Shown: piece after piece, positions 1-15,800 of the stretch | Layout: each line of letters begins with the position of its first letter | Numbering within the stretch: position 1 is the first letter of the stretch | Assembly (NCBI GenBank): GCA_964016885.1 | Contig: OZ024740.1 | Location: 8,556,001 to 8,620,000 of the forward strand | Source: Eledone cirrhosa | Lineage: Eukaryota | Direction of reading: 5' to 3' | DNA length: 64,000 nucleotides | The notes under the pieces: model-generated | What the model was told of the DNA's origin: nothing | Database searches by the model: none | What the model saw: the letters and a program-made list of their open reading frames with translations, nothing else | Position numbers and translations under genes: made by a program

Positions 1-3000
1 GTCAGTTTCTATTGGTATGTTAGTTTCGATTAGTATATCACTTTCTATTTGTATGTCAGTTTCGATTGGTATGTCTGTTTCTAATGATATATCAGTTTCG
101 ATTGGTATATCAGTTTTGATTGGTATATCAGTTTTGAATGGTATGTCAGTTTCGATTGGTATGTCAGTTTCGATTGGTATATCAGTTCCGATTGGTATGT
201 CAGTTTAGATTGGTATGTCAGTTTCGATTGGTATATCAGTTTCGATTGGTATGTCAGTTTCGATTGGTATATCAGTTTTGATTTGTATATGAGTTCCTAT
301 AGCTATATCAGTTTCTATTGGTATGTCAGTTTCTATTGGTATATCAGCTTCGATTGGTATATCAGTTTCTATTGGTATATCAGTTTCTATTGGTATGTCA
401 GGTTCGATTGGTACGTAATTTCGATGGGTATATTAGTTTCTATTGGTATGTCAGTTTCAATTAGTATATCAGTTTCTATTGGTATGTCAGTTTCGATTGG
501 TATATCAGTTTTGATTTGTATATGAGTTCCTATAGCTATATCAGTTTCTATTGGTATGTCAGTTTCTATTGGTATATCAGCTTCGATTGGTATATCAGTT
601 TCTCTTGGTATATCAGTTTCTATTGGTATGTCAGTTTTGATTGGTATTTCAGTTTCGATTTGTATGTCAGTTTCGATTGGTATATCAGTTTCGATTGGTA
701 TGTCAGTTTCAATTGATATGTCAGTTTCGATTGCTATATCAGTTCCGATTGGTATGTCAGTTGCGATTGGTATGTCAGTTTCGATTGGTATATCAGTTTC
801 GATTGGTATATCAGTTTCGACTGGTATATCAGTTTCGATTAGTATAATCAGTTTCTATTGGTATGTCAGTTTCTATTGGTATATCAGTACCGATTGGTAT
901 ATCAGTTTCGATTAGTATGTCAGTTTCTATTCGTATGTTAGTTTCGATTAGTATATCAGTTTCTATCGGTATGTCAGTTTCGATTGATGTGTCAGTTTCG
1001 ATTGGTATATCAGTTCCGATTAGTATGTCAGTTTCGATTGGTATATCAGTTTCAATTGGTATGTCAGTTTTGACTGGTATGTCAGTTTCGATTGGTATGT
1101 CAATTTCGATTGGTATATCAGTTTCGATTGGTATGTCAATTTCGATTGGTATATCAGTTTCAATTAGTATGTCAGTTTCTATTGGTATGTAAGTTTCGAT
1201 TAGTATATCACTTTCTATTTGTATGTCAGTTTCGATTGGTATGTCTGTTTCTAATGATATATCAGTTTCGATTGGTATATCAGTTTTGATTGGTATATCA
1301 GTTTTGAATGGTATGTCAGTTTCGATTGGTATGTCAGTTTCGATTGGTATATCAGTTCCGATTGGTATGTCAGTTTAGATTGGTATGTCAGTTTCGATTG
1401 GTATATCAGTTTCGATTGGTATGTCAGTTTCGATTGGTATATCAGTTTTGATTTGTATATGAGTTCCTATAGCTATATCAGTTTCTATTGGTATGTCAGT
1501 TTCTATTGGTATATCAGCTTCGATTGGTATATCAGTTTCTATTGGTATATCAGTTTCTATTGGTATGTCAGGTTCGATTGGTACGTAATTTCGATGGGTA
1601 TATTAGTTTCTATTGGTATGTCAGTTTCAATTAGTATATCAGTTTCTATTGGTATGTCAGTTTCGATTGGTATATCAGTTTTGATTTGTATATGAGTTCC
1701 TATAGCTATATCAGTTTCTATTGGTATGTCAGTTTCTATTGGTATATCAGCTTCGATTGGTATATCAGTTTCTATTGGTATATCAGTTTCTATTGGTATG
1801 TCAGTTTTGATTGGTATGTCAGTTTCGATTTGTATGTCAGTTTCGATTGGTATATCAGTTTCGATTGGTATGTCAGTTTCAATTGATATGTCAGTTTCGA
1901 TTGCTATATCAGTTCCGATTGGTATGTCAGTTACGATTGGTATGTCAGTTTCGATTGGTATATCAGTTTCGATTGGTATATCAGTTTCGACTGGTATATC
2001 AGTTTCGATTAGTATAATCAGTTTCTATTGGTATGTCAGTTTCTATTGGTATATCAGTACCGATTGGTATATCAGTTTCGATTAGTATGTCAGTTTCTAT
2101 TCGTATGTTAGTTTCGATTAGTATATCAGTTTCTAATGGTATGTCAGTTTCGATTGATATGTCAGTTTCGATTTGTATATCAGTTCCGATTGGTATGTCA
2201 GTTTCGATTGGTATATCAGTTTCAATTGGTATGTCAGTTTTGTTTGGTATGTCAGTTTCGATTGGTATGTCAATTTCGATTGGTATATCAGTTTCGATTG
2301 GTATGTCAATTTCGATTGGCATATCAGTTTCGATTAGTATGTCAGTTTCTATTGGTATGTTAGTTTCGATTAGTATATCACTTTCTATTTGTATGTCAGT
2401 TTCGATTGGTATGTCTGTTTCTAATGATATATCAGTTTCGATTGGTATATCAGTTTTGATTGGTATATCAGTTTTGAATGGTATGTCAGTTTCGATTGGT
2501 ATGTCAGTTTCGATTGGTATATCAGTTCCGATTGGTATGTCAGTTTAGATTGGTATGTCAGTTTCGATTGGTATATCAGTTTCGATTGGTATGTCAGTTT
2601 CGATTGGTATATCAGTTTTGATTTGTATATGAGTTCCTATAGCTATATCAGTTTCTATTGGTATGTCAGTTTCTATTGGTATATCAGCTTCGATTGGTAT
2701 ATCAGTTTCTATTGGTATATCAGTTTCTATTGGTATGTCAGTTTTGATTGGTATGTCAGTTTCGATTTGTATGTCAGTTTCGATTGGTATATCAGTTTTG
2801 ATTGGTATGTCAGTTTCGATTGGTATATCAGTTTCGATTGGTATGTCAGTTTCAATTGATATGTCAGTTTCGATTGCTATATCAGTTCCGATTGGTATGT
2901 CAGTTACGATTGGTATGTCAGTTTCGATTGGTATATCAGTTTCGATTGGTATATCAGTTTCGACTGGTATATCAGTTTCGATTAGTATAATCAGTTTCTA

Positions 3001-6000
3001 TTGGTATGTCAGTTTCTATTGGTATATCAGTACCGATTGGTATATCAGTTTCGATTAGTATGTCAGTTTCTATTCGTATGTTAGTTTCGATTAGTATATC
3101 AGTTTCTATCGGTATATCAGTTTCGATTGATATGTCAGTTTCGATTGGTATATCAGTTCCGATTAGTATGTCAGTTTCGATTGGTATATCAGTTTCAATT
3201 GGTATGTCAGTTTTGATTGGTATGTCAGTTTCGATTGGTATGTCAATTTCGATTGGTATATCAGTTTCGATTGGTATGTCAATTTCGATTGGTATATCAG
3301 TTTCGATTAGTATGTCAGTTTCTATTGGTATGTTAGTTTCGATTAGTATATCACTTTCTATTTGTATGTCAGTTTCGATTGGTATGTCTGTTTCTAATGA
3401 TATATCAGTTTCGATTGGTATATCAGTTTTGATTGGTATATCAGTTTCGATTGGTATATCAGTTTTGATTGGTATATCAGTTTTGAATGGTATGTCAGTT
3501 TCGATTGGTATGTCAGTTTCGATTGGTATATCAGTTTCGATTGGTATGTCAGTTTCGATTGGTTTATCAGTTTTGATTTGTATATGAGTTCCTATAGCTA
3601 TATCAGTTTCTATTGGTATGTCAGTTTCTATTGGTATATCAGCTTCGATTGGTATATCAGTTTCTATTGGTATATCAGTTTCTATTGGTATGTCAGGTTC
3701 GATTGGTACGTAATTTCGATGGGTATATTAGTTTCTATTGGTATGTCAGTTTCAATTAGTATATCAGTTTCTATTGGTATGTCAGTTTCGATTGGTATAT
3801 CAGTTTTGATTTGTATATGAGTTCCTATAGCTATATCAGTTTCTATTGGTATGTCAGTTTCTATTGGTATATCAGCTTCGATTGGTATATCAGTTTCTAT
3901 TGGTATATCAGTTTCTATTGGTATGTCAGTTTTGATTGGTATGTCAGTTTCGATTTGTATGTCAGTTTCGATTGGTATATCAGTTTCGATTGGTATGTCA
4001 GTTTCAATTGATATGTCAGTTTCGATTGCTATATCAGTTCCGATTGGTATGTCAGTTACGATTGGTATGTCAGTTTCGATTGGTATATCAGTTTCGATTG
4101 GTATATCAGTTTCGACTGGTATATCAGTTTCGATTAGTATAATCAGTTTCTATTGGTATGTCAGTTTCTATTGGTATATCAGTACCGATTGGTATATCAG
4201 TTTCGATTAGTATGTCAGTTTCTATTCGTATGTTAGTTTCGATTAGTATATCAGTTTCTAACGGTATGTCAGTTTCGATTGATATGTCAGTTTCGATTTG
4301 TATATCAGTTCCGATTGGTATGTCAGTTTCGATTGGTATATCAGTTTCAATTGGTATGTCAGTTTTGTTTGGTATGTCAGTTTCGATTGGTATGTCAATT
4401 TCGATTGGTATATCAGTTTCGATTGGTATGTCAATTTCGATTGGCATATCAGTTTCGATTAGTATGTCAGTTTCTATTGGTATGTTAGTTTCGATTAGTA
4501 TATCACTTTCTATTTGTATGTCAGTTTCGATTGGTATGTCTGTTTCTAATGATATATCAGTTTCGATTGGTATATCAGTTTTGATTGGTATATCAGTTTT
4601 GAATGGTATGTCAGTTTCGATTGGTATGTCAGTTTCGATTGGTATATCAGTTCCGATTGGTATGTCAGTTTAGATTGGTATGTCAGTTTCGATTGGTATA
4701 TCAGTTTCGATTGGTATGTCAGTTTCGATTGGTATATCAGTTTTGATTTGTATATGAGTTCCTTTAGCTATATCAGTTTCTATTGGTATGTCAGTTTCTA
4801 TTGGTATATCAGCTTCGATTGGTATATCAGTTTCTATTGGTATATCAGTTTCTATTGGTATGTCAGTTTTGATTGGTATGTCAGTTTCGATTTGTATGTC
4901 AGTTTCGATTGGTATATCAGTTTTGATTGGTATGTCAGTTTCGATTGGTATATCAGTTTCGATTGGTATGTCAGTTTCAATTGATATGTCAGTTTCGATT
5001 GCTATATCAGTTCCGATTGGTATGTCAGTTACGATTGGTATGTCAGTTTCGATTGGTATATCAGTTTCGATTGGTATATCAGTTTCGACTGGTATATCAG
5101 TTTCGATTAGTATAATCAGTTTCTATTGGTATGTCAGTTTCTATTGGTATATCAGTACCGATTGGTATATCAGTTTCGATTAGTATGTCAGTTTCTATTC
5201 GTATGTTAGTTTCGATTAGTATATCAGTTTCTATCGGTATATCAGTTTCGATTGATATGTCAGTTTCGATTGGTATATCAGTTCCGATTAGTATGTCAGT
5301 TTCGATTGGTATATCAGTTTCAATTGGTATGTCAGTTTTGATTGGTATGTCAGTTTCGATTGGTATGTCAATTTCGATTGGTATATCAGTTTCGATTGGT
5401 ATGTCAATTTCGATTGGTATATCAGTTTCGATTAGTATGTCAGTTTCTATTGGTATGTTAGTTTCGATTAGTATATCACTTTCTATTTGTATGTCAGTTT
5501 CGATTGGTATGTCTGTTTCTAATGATATATCAGTTTCGATTGGTATATCAGTTTTGATTGGTATATCAGTTTCGATTGGTATATCAGTTTTGATTGGTAT
5601 ATCAGTTTTGAATGGTATGTCAGTTTCGATTGGTATGTCAGTTTCGATTGGTATATCAGTTTCGATTGGTATGTCAGTTTCGATTGGTTTATCAGTTTTG
5701 ATTTGTATATGAGTTCCTATAGCTATATCAGTTTCTATTGGTATGTCAGTTTCTATTGGTATATCAGCTTCGATTGGTATATCAGTTTCTATTGGTATAT
5801 CAGTTTCTATTGGTATGTCAGGTTCGATTGGTACGTAATTTCGATGGGTATATTAGTTTCTATTGGTATGTCAGTTTCAATTTGTATATATGTTTCTATT
5901 GGTATGTCAGTTTCGATTGGTATATCAGTTTTGATTTGTATATGAGTTCCTATAGCTATATCAGTTTCTATTGGTATGTCAGTTTCTATTGGTATATCAG

Positions 6001-6810
6001 CTTCGATTGGTATATCAGTTTCTATTTGTATATCAGTTTCTATTGGTATGTCAGTTTTGATTGGTATGTCAGTTTCGATTTGTATGTCAGTTTCGATTGG
6101 TATATCAGTTTCGATTGGTATGTCAGTTTCAATTGATATGTCAGTTTCGATTGCTATATCAGTTCCGATTGGTATGTCAGTTACGATTGGTATGTCAGTT
6201 TCGATTGGTATATCAGTTTCGATTGGTATATCAGTTTCGACTGGTATATCAGTTTCGATTAGTATAATCAGTTTCTATTGGTATGTCAGTTTCTATTGGT
6301 ATATCAGTACCGATTGGTATATCAGTTTTGATTAGTATGTCAGTTTCTATTCGTATGTTAGTTTCGATTAGTATATCAGTTTCTATCGGTATGTCAGTTT
6401 CGATTGATACGTCAGTTTCGATTTGTATATCAGTTCCGATTGGTATGTCAGTTTCGATTGGTATATCAGTTTCAATTGGTATGTCAGTTTTGTTTGGTAT
6501 GTCAGTTTCGATTGGTATGTCAATTTCGATTGGTATATCAGTTTCGATTGGTATGTCAATTTCGATTGGTATATCAGTTTCGATTAGTATGTCAATTTCT
6601 ATTGGTATGTTAGTTTCGATTAGTATATCACTTTCTATTTGTATGTCAGTTTCGATTGGTATGTCTGTTTCTAATGATATATCAGTTTCGATTGGTATAT
6701 CAGTTTTGATTGGTATATCAGTTTTGAATGGTATGTCAGTTTCGATTGGTATGTCAGTTTCTATTGGTATGTCAGTTTCAATTGGTATATCAGTTTTGAT
6801 TTGTATATGA
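1..6810. repeat. Regular higher-order repeat: 1170-bp (65-monomer) unit and 2125-bp (1170+955) compound unit
   Basis: Matching ORF-track landmarks recur at 283, 1453, 2623 (step 1170); at 1453, 3578, 5703; and at 2623/4748, 2033/4158, 3006/5131 (step 2125). Rare variants such as TTTTGTTTGG and ATTGGCATAT are shared at the 2125 offset. Confidence 0.9.
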
Positions 6811-9800
6811 GTTCCTATAGCTATATCAGTTTCTATTGGTATGTCAGTTTCTATTGGTATATCAGCTTCGATTGGTATATCAGTTTCTATTGGTATATCA
6901 GTTTCTATTGGTATGTCAGGTTCGATTGGTACGTAATTTCGATGGGTATATTAGTTTCTTTTGGTATGTCAGTTTCAATTAGTATATCAGTTTCTATTGG
7001 TATGTCAGTTTCGATTGGTATATCAGTTTTGATTTGTATATGAGTTCCTATAGCTATATCAGTTTCTATTGGTATGTTAGTTTCTATTGGTATATCAGCT
7101 TCGATTGGTATATCAGTTTCTATTGGTATATCAGTCTCTATTGGTATGTCAGTTTTGATTGGTATGTCAGTTTCAATTGATATGTCAGTTTCGATTGCTA
7201 TATCAGTTCCGATTGGTATGTCAGTTTCGATTGGTATGTCAGTTTCAATTGGTATGTCAGTTTTGATTGGTATGTCAGTTTCTATTGGTATGTTAGTTTC
7301 GATTAGTATATCACTTTCTGTTGGTATGTCAGTTTCGATTGGTATGTCTGTTTCTAATGATATATCAGTTTCGATTGGTATATCAGTTTTGATTGGTATA
7401 TCAGTTTTGAATGGTATGTCAGTTTCGATTGGTATGTCAGTTTAGATTGGTATGTCAGTTTCGATTGGTATATCAGTTTCTATTGGTATGTCAGTTTCGA
7501 TTAGTATATCAATTTCTATTGGTATGTCAGTTTCGATTGGTATATCAGTTTCGATTTGTATATGAGTTCCTATAGCTATATCAGTTTCAATTGGTATGTA
7601 AGTTTCGATTGGTATATCAGTTTCGATGGGTATGTCAGTTTCAATTAGTATATTAGTTTCGATTGGTATGTCAATTTCAATTAGTATATCAGTTTCTATT
7701 GGTATATCAGTTTCGATTGGTATGTCAGTTTCTATTAGTATATCAGTTTCTATAGGTATGTCAGTTTCTATTGGTATATCAGTTTCGATTGGTATGTCAG
7801 TTACTATTGGTATATCAGTTTCGATGGATATATCAGTTTCGATTAGTATGTCAGTTTCAACTGGTATGTCAGTTTGGATTGGTATGTCAGTTTCGATTGG
7901 TATGTCAGTTTCGATTGGTATGTCAATTTCGATTGGTATATCAGTTTCGATTAGTATGTTAGTTTCAATTGGAATATCAGTTTCGATTGGTATATCAGTT
8001 TCGACTGGTATATCAGTTTCGATTAGTATAATCAGTTTCTATTGGTATGTCAGTTTCTATTGGTATATCAGTACCGATTGGTATATCAGTTTCGATTAGT
8101 ATGTCAGTTTCTATTCGTATGTTAGTTTCGATTAGTATATCAGTTTCTATCGGTATGTCAGTTTCGATTGATATGTCAGTTTCCATTGGTATATCAGTTC
8201 CGATTAGTATGTCAGTTTCGATTGGTATATCAGTTTCAATTGGTATGTCAGTTTTGATTGGTATGTCAGTTTCGATTGGTATGTCAATTTCTATTGGTAT
8301 ATCAGTTTCGATTGGTATGTCAATTTCGATTGGTATATCAGTTTCGATTAGTATGTCAGTTTCTATTGGTATGTTATTTTCGATTAGTATATCACTTTCT
8401 ATTTGTATGTCAGTTTCGATTGGTATGTCTGTTTCTAATGGTATATCAGTTTCGATTGGTATATCAGTTTTGATTGGTATATCAGTTTTGAATGGTATGT
8501 CAGTTTCGATTGGTATGTCAGTTTCGATTGGTATATCAGTTCCGATTGGTATGTCAGTTTAGATTGGTATGTCAGTTTCGATTGGTATATCAGTTTCGAT
8601 TGGTATGTCAGTTTCGATTGGTATATCAGTTTTGATTTGTATATGAGTTCCTATAGCTATATCAGTTTCTATTGGTATGTCAGTTTCTATTGGTATATCA
8701 GCTTCGATTGGTATATCAGTTTCTATTGGTATATCAGTTTCTATTGGTATGTCAGGTTCGATTGGTACGTAATTTCGATGGGTATATTAGTTTCTATTGG
8801 TATGTCAGTTTCAATTAGTATATCAGTTTCTATTGGTATGTCAGTTTCAATTGGTATATCAGTTTTGATTTGTATATGAGTTCCTATAGCTATATCAGTT
8901 TCTATTGGTATGTCAGTTTCTATTGGTATATCAGCTTCGATTGGTATATCAGTTTCTATTGGTATATCAGTTTCTATTGGTATGTCAGTTTTGATTGGTA
9001 TGTCAGTTTCGATTTGTATGTCAGTTTCGATTGGTATATCAGTTTCGATTGGTATGTCAGTTTCAATTGATATGTCAGTTTCGATTGCTATATCAGTTCC
9101 GATTGGTATGTCAGTTTCGATTGGTATGTCAGTTTTGATTGGTATGTAAGTTTCGATTAGTATATCAGTTTCTAATGGTATATCACTTTAGATTGGTATG
9201 TCAGTTTCGATTGGTACGTAAATTTCAATGGGTATATTAGTTTCTATTGGTATGTCAGTTTCAATTAGTATATCAGTTTCTATTGGTATGTCAGTTTCAA
9301 TTAGTATATTAGTTTCGATTGGTATGTCAGTTTCTATTAGTATATCAGTTTCTATAGGTATATCAGTTTTTATTGGTATATCAGTTTCGATTGGTATATC
9401 AGTTTCTATTGGTATGTCAGTTTCTATTGTTATATCAGTTTCGATGGATACATCAGTTTCGATTAGTATGTCAGTTTCTACTGGTATGTTAGTTTCGATT
9501 AGTATATCAGTTTCTATTGGTATGTCAATTTCGATTGGTATATCAGTTTCGATTGGTATGTCAGTTTCGATTAGTATATCAGTTTCTATTGGTATGTCAG
9601 TTTCTATTGATATATCAGCTTCGATTGGTATATCAGTTTCGATTAGTATGTCAGTTTGTATTGGTATGTCTGTTTTGATTGGTATATCAGTTTCGATTGG
9701 TATGTCAGTTTCGATTGGTATGTCAGTTTCGATTGGTATATCAGTTCCGATTGGTATGTCAGTTTCGATTGGTATGTCAGTTTCGATTGGTATATCAGTT

Positions 9801-12800
9801 TCGATTAGTATGTCAGTTTCTATTGGTATGTTAGTTTCGATTAGTATATCACTTTCGATTGGTATGTCTGTTTCTATTGATATATCATTTTCGATTGTTA
9901 TATCAGTTTTGATTGGTATATCAGTTTCGATTAGTATGTCAGTTTCTATTGGTATATCAGTTTCTATTGGTACGTCAGTTTTGATTGGTATATCACTTTT
10001 GAATGGTATCTCAGTTTCGATTGGCATGTCAGTTTCGATTGGTATATCAGTTCCAATTGGTATGTCAGTTTACATTGGTATGTCAGTTTCGATTGGTATA
10101 TCAGTTTCGATTGGTATGTCAGTTTCGATTGGTACGTAAATTTCGATGGGTATATTAGTTTCTATTGGTATGTCAGTTTCAATTAGTATATCAGTTTCTA
10201 TTGGTATGTCAGTTTTGATTGGTATATCAGTTTTGAATGGTATGTCAGTTTCGATTAGTATGTCAGTTTCGATTGGTATATCAGTTCCGATTGGTATGTC
10301 AGTTTAGATTGGTATGTCAGTTTCGATTGGTATATCAGTTTCGATTGGTATGTCAGGTTCGATTGGTACGTAATTTCGATGGGTATATTAGTTTCTATTG
10401 GTATGTCAGTTTCAATTAGTATATCAGTTTCTAATGGTATGTCAGTTTCGATTGGTATATCAGTTTTGATTTGTATATGAGTTCCTATAGCTATATCAGT
10501 TTCTATTGGTATGTCAGTTTCTATTGGTATATCAGCTTCGATTGGTATATCAGTTTCTATTGGTATATCAGTTTCTATTGGTATGTCAGTTTTGATTGGT
10601 ATGTCAGTTTCGATTTGTATGTCAGTTTCGATTGGTATATCAGTTTTGATTGGTATGTCAGTTTCAATTGATATGTCAGTTTCGATTGCTATATCAGTTC
10701 CGATTGGTATGTCAGTTTCGATTGGTATATCAGTTTCGATTGGTATGTCAGTTTTGATTGGTATGTCAATTTCGATTGGTATATCAGTTTCGATTAGTAT
10801 GTCACTTTCTATTGGTATGTCAGTTTCGATTGGTATGTCTGTTTCTATTGATATATCAGTTTCGATTGTTATATCAGTTTTGATTGGTATATCAGTTTCG
10901 ATTGGTATGTCAGTTTCTATTGGTATATCAGTTTCTATTGGTATGTCAGTTTTGATTGGTATATCAGTTTTGAATGGTATGTCAGTTTCGATTGGTATGT
11001 CAGTTTCGATTGGTATATCAGTTTCGATTGGTATGTCATTTTCGATTGGTACGTAAATTTCGATTGGTATATTAGTTTCTATTGGTATGTCAGTTTCAAT
11101 TAGTATATTAATTTCTATTGGTACGTCAGTTTCGATTGGTATATCAGTTTTGATTTGTATATGAGTTCCTATAGCTATATCAGTTTCTATTGGTATGTCA
11201 GTTCCGATTGGTATGTAAGTTTCGATTAGCATATCAGTTTCGATTGGTATGTCAGTTTCAATTGGTATATCAGTTTCGATTGGTATGTCAGTTTCGATTG
11301 ATATGTCAGTTTCGATTGGTATATCAGTTCCGATTGATATGTCAGTTTCGATTGGTATGTCAGTTTCGATTGGTATATCAGTTTAGATTGGTATGTCAGT
11401 TTCGATTGGTACGTAAATTTCGATGGGTATATTAGTTTCTATTGGTATGTCAGTTTCAATTAGTATATCAGTTTCTATTGGTATGTCAGTTTCTATTGGT
11501 ATATCAGTTTCGATTGGTATGTCAGTTTCTATTAGTATATCAGTTTCTATAGGTATATCAGTTTCTATTGGTATATCAGTTTCGATTGGTATATCAGTTT
11601 CTATTGGTATGTCAGTTTCGATTGGAATGTCAGTTTCTATTGTTATATCAGTTTCGATGGATACATCAGTTTCAATTAGTATGTCAGTTTCTACTGGTAT
11701 GTCAGTTTCGATTAGTATATCAGTTTCTATTGGTATGTCAGTTTCGATTGGTATATCAGTTTCGATTGGTATGTCAGTTTCGATTAGTATATCAGTTTCT
11801 ATTGGTATGTCAGTTTCTATTGATATATCAGCTTCGATTGGTATATCAGTTTCGATTAGTATGTCAGTTTGTATTGGTATGTCTGTTTTGATTGGTATAT
11901 CAGTTTCGATTGGTATGTCAGTTTCAATTGGTATGTCAGTTTCGATTGGTATGTCAGTTTCGATTGGTATATCAGTTTCGATTGGTATGTCAGTTTTTAT
12001 TGGTATGTCAATTTCGATTGGTATATCAGTTTCGATTAGTATGTCAGTTTCGATTGGTATGTCTGTTTCTATTGATATATCATTTTCGATTGTTATATCA
12101 GTTTTGATTGGTATATCAGTTTCGATTGGTATGTCAGTTTCTATTGGTATATCAGTTTCTATTGGTAGGTCAGTTTCTATTGGTATGTCAGTTTCGATTG
12201 GTATATCAGTTTCGATTGGTATGTCAGTTTCGATTAGTATGTCAGTTTCGATTGGTATGTCTGTTTCTATTGATATATCATTTTCGATTGGTATATCACT
12301 TTTGAATGGTATCTCAGTTTCGATTGGTATGTCAGTTTCGATTGGTATATCAGTTCCGATTGGTATGTCAGTTTAGATTGGTATGTCAGTTTCGATTGGT
12401 ATATCAGTTTCGATTGGTATGTCAGTTTCGATTGGTACGTAAATTTCGATGGGTATATTAGTTTCTATTGGTATGTCAGTTTCAATTAGTATATCAGTTT
12501 CTATTGGTATGTTAGTTTCGATTGGTATATCAGTTTTGATTTGTATATGAGTTCCTATAGCTATATCAATTTCTATTGGTATGTCAGTTTCAATTGGTAT
12601 GTAAGTTTCGATTAGTACATCAGTTCCTATTGGTATGTCAGTTTCTATTGGTATATCAGCTTTGATTGGTATATAAGTTTCGATTAGTGTGTTAGTTTCT
12701 ATTGGTATGTCAGTTTTGATTGGTATATCAGTATCGATTGGTATGTCAGTTTCGATTGGTATGTCAGTTTCGATTGGTATGTCAGTTCCGATTGGTATGT

Positions 12801-15800
12801 CAATTTCGATTGGTATATCAGTTTCTATTGGTATGTCAGTTTCGATTGGTATGTCAGTTTCTACTGGTATATCAGTTTCGATTGATATATCAGTTTCGAT
12901 TAGTATATCAGTTTCTACTGGTATGTCAGTTTCGATTAGTATATCTGTTTCTATTGGTATGTCAGTTTCGATTGGTATATCAGTTTTGATTCGTATATCA
13001 GTTCCTATTGCTATATCAGTTTCAATTGGTATGTAAGTTTCGATTGGTATATCAGTTTCGATGGGTATGTCAGTTTCAATTCGTGTATTAGTTTTGATTG
13101 GTATGTCAATTTCAATTAGTATATCAGTTTCTATTGGTATATCAGTTTCGATTGGTATGTCAGTTTCTATTGGTATATCAGTTTCGATGGATACATCAGT
13201 TTCGATTAGTATGTCAGTTTCTACTGGTATGTCAGTTTGGATTGGTATGTCAGTTTCGATTGGTATATCAGTTTCGATTAGTATGTTAGTTTCAATTGGA
13301 ATATCAGTTTCGATTGGTATATCAGTTTCGACTGGTAGATAAGTTTCGATTAGTATAATCAGTTTCTATTGGTATGTCAGTTTCTATTGGAATATCAGTA
13401 TCGATTGGTATATCAGTTTCGATTAGTATGTCAGTTTCTATTGGTATGTTAGTTTCGATTAGTATATCAGTTTCTATTGGTATGTCAGTTTCGATCGGTA
13501 TGTCAGTTTCTATTGGTATATCAGTTTCTATTGGTATGTCAGTTTTGATTGGTATGTCAGTTTCGATTGGTATGTCAGTTTCGATTGGTATATCAGTTTC
13601 GATTGGTATGTCAGTTTCGATTGGTATATCAGTTTCAATTAGTATGTCAGTTTCTATTGGTATGTTAGTTTCGATTAGTATATCACTTTCTATTGGTATA
13701 TCAGTTTCTATTGGTATGTCAGTTTTGATTGGTATGTCAGTTTCGATTGCTATATCAGTTCCGATTGGTATGTCAGTTTCGATTGGTATGTCAGTTTCGA
13801 TTGGTATATCAGTTTCGATTGGTATGTCAGTTTTGATTGGTATGTCAATTTCGATTGGTATATCAGTGTCGATTAGTATGTCAGTTTCTATTGGTATGTT
13901 AGTTTCGATTAGTATATCACTTTCTGTTGGTATGTCAGTTTCGATTGGTATGTCTGTTTCTATTGATATATCAGTTTCGATTGTTATATCAGATTTGATT
14001 GGTATATCAGTTTCGATTGGTATGTCAGTTTCTATTGGTATATCAGTTTCTATTGGTATGTCAGTTTTGATTCGTATATCAGTTTTGAATGGTATGTCAG
14101 TTTCGATTGGTATGTCAGTTTCGATTGGTATATCAGTTTCGATTGGTATGTCAGGTTCGATTGGTACGTAAATTTCGATGGGTATATTAGTTTCTATTGG
14201 TATGTCAGTTTCAATTAGTATATCAATTTCTATTGGTATGTCAGTTTCGATTGGTATATCAGTTTTGATTTGTATATGAGTTCCTATAGCTATATCAGTT
14301 TCTATTGGTATGTCAGTTCCGATTGGTATGTAAGTTTCGATTAGTATATCAGTTTCTATTGGTATGTCCGTTTCGATTGGTATGTCAGTTTCAATTGGTA
14401 TATCAGTTTCGATTGGTATGTCAGTTTCGATTGGTATATCAGTTTATATTGGTATGTCAGTTTCGATTGGTACGTAAATTTCAATGGGTATATTAGTTTC
14501 TATTGGTATGTCAGTTTCAATTAGTATATCAGTTTGTATTGGTATGTCAGTTTCAATTAGTATATTAGTTTCGATTGGTATGTCAATTTCAATTAGTATA
14601 TCAGTTTCTATAGGTATGTCTGTTTCTATTGGTATATCAGTTTCGATTGGTATGTCAGTTTCTATTAGTATATCAGTTTCTATAGGTATATCAGTTTCTA
14701 TTGGTATATCAGTTTCGATTGGTATATCAGTTTCTATTGGTATGTCAGTTTCGATTGGAATGTCAGTTTCTATTGTTATATCAGTTTCGATGGATACATC
14801 AGTTTCGATTAGTATGTCAGTTTCTACTGGTATGTCAGTTTCGATTAGTATATCAGTTTCTATTGGTATGTCAGTTTCGATTGGTATATCAGTTTCGATT
14901 GGTATGTCAGTTTCGATTAGTATATCAGTTTCTATTGGTATGTCAGTTTCTATTGATATATCAGCTTCGATTGGTATATCAGTTTCGATTAGTATGTCAG
15001 TTTGTATTGGTATGTCTGTTTTGATTGGTATATCAGTTTCGATTGGTATGTCAGTTTCGATTGGTATGTCAATTTCGATTGGTATATCAGTTTCGATTAG
15101 TATGTCAGTTTCGATTGGTATGTCTGTTTCTATTGATATATCATTTTCGATAGTTATATCAGTTTTGATTGGTATATCAGTTTCGATTGGTATGTCAGGT
15201 TCGATTGGTACGTAAATTTCGATGGGTATATTAGTTTCTATTGGTATGTCAGTTTCAATTAGTATATCAATTTCTATTGGTATGTCAGTTTCGATTGGTA
15301 TATCAGTTTTGATTTGTATATGAGTTCCTATAGCTATATCAGTTTCTATTGGTATGTCCGTTTTGATTGGTATGTCAGTTTCGATTGATATGTTAGTTTT
15401 GATTGGTATATCAGTTCCGATTGGTATGTCAGTTTCGATTGGTATGTCAGTTTCGATTGGTATATCAGTTTAGATTGGTATGTCAGTTTCGATTGGCACG
15501 TAAATTTCAATGGGTATATTAGTTTCTATTGGTATGTCAGTTTCAATTAGTATATCAGTTTCTATTGGTATGTCAGTTTCAATTAGTATATTAGTTTCGA
15601 TTGGTATGTCAGTTTCTATTAGTATATCAGTTTCTATAGGTATATCAGTTTTTATTGGTATATCAGTTTCGATTGGTATATCAGTTTCTATTGGTATGTC
15701 AGTTTCGATTGGTATGTCAGTTTCTATTGTTATATCAGTTTCGATGGATACATCAGTTTCGATTAGTATGTCAGTTTCTACTGGTATGTTAGTTTCGATT

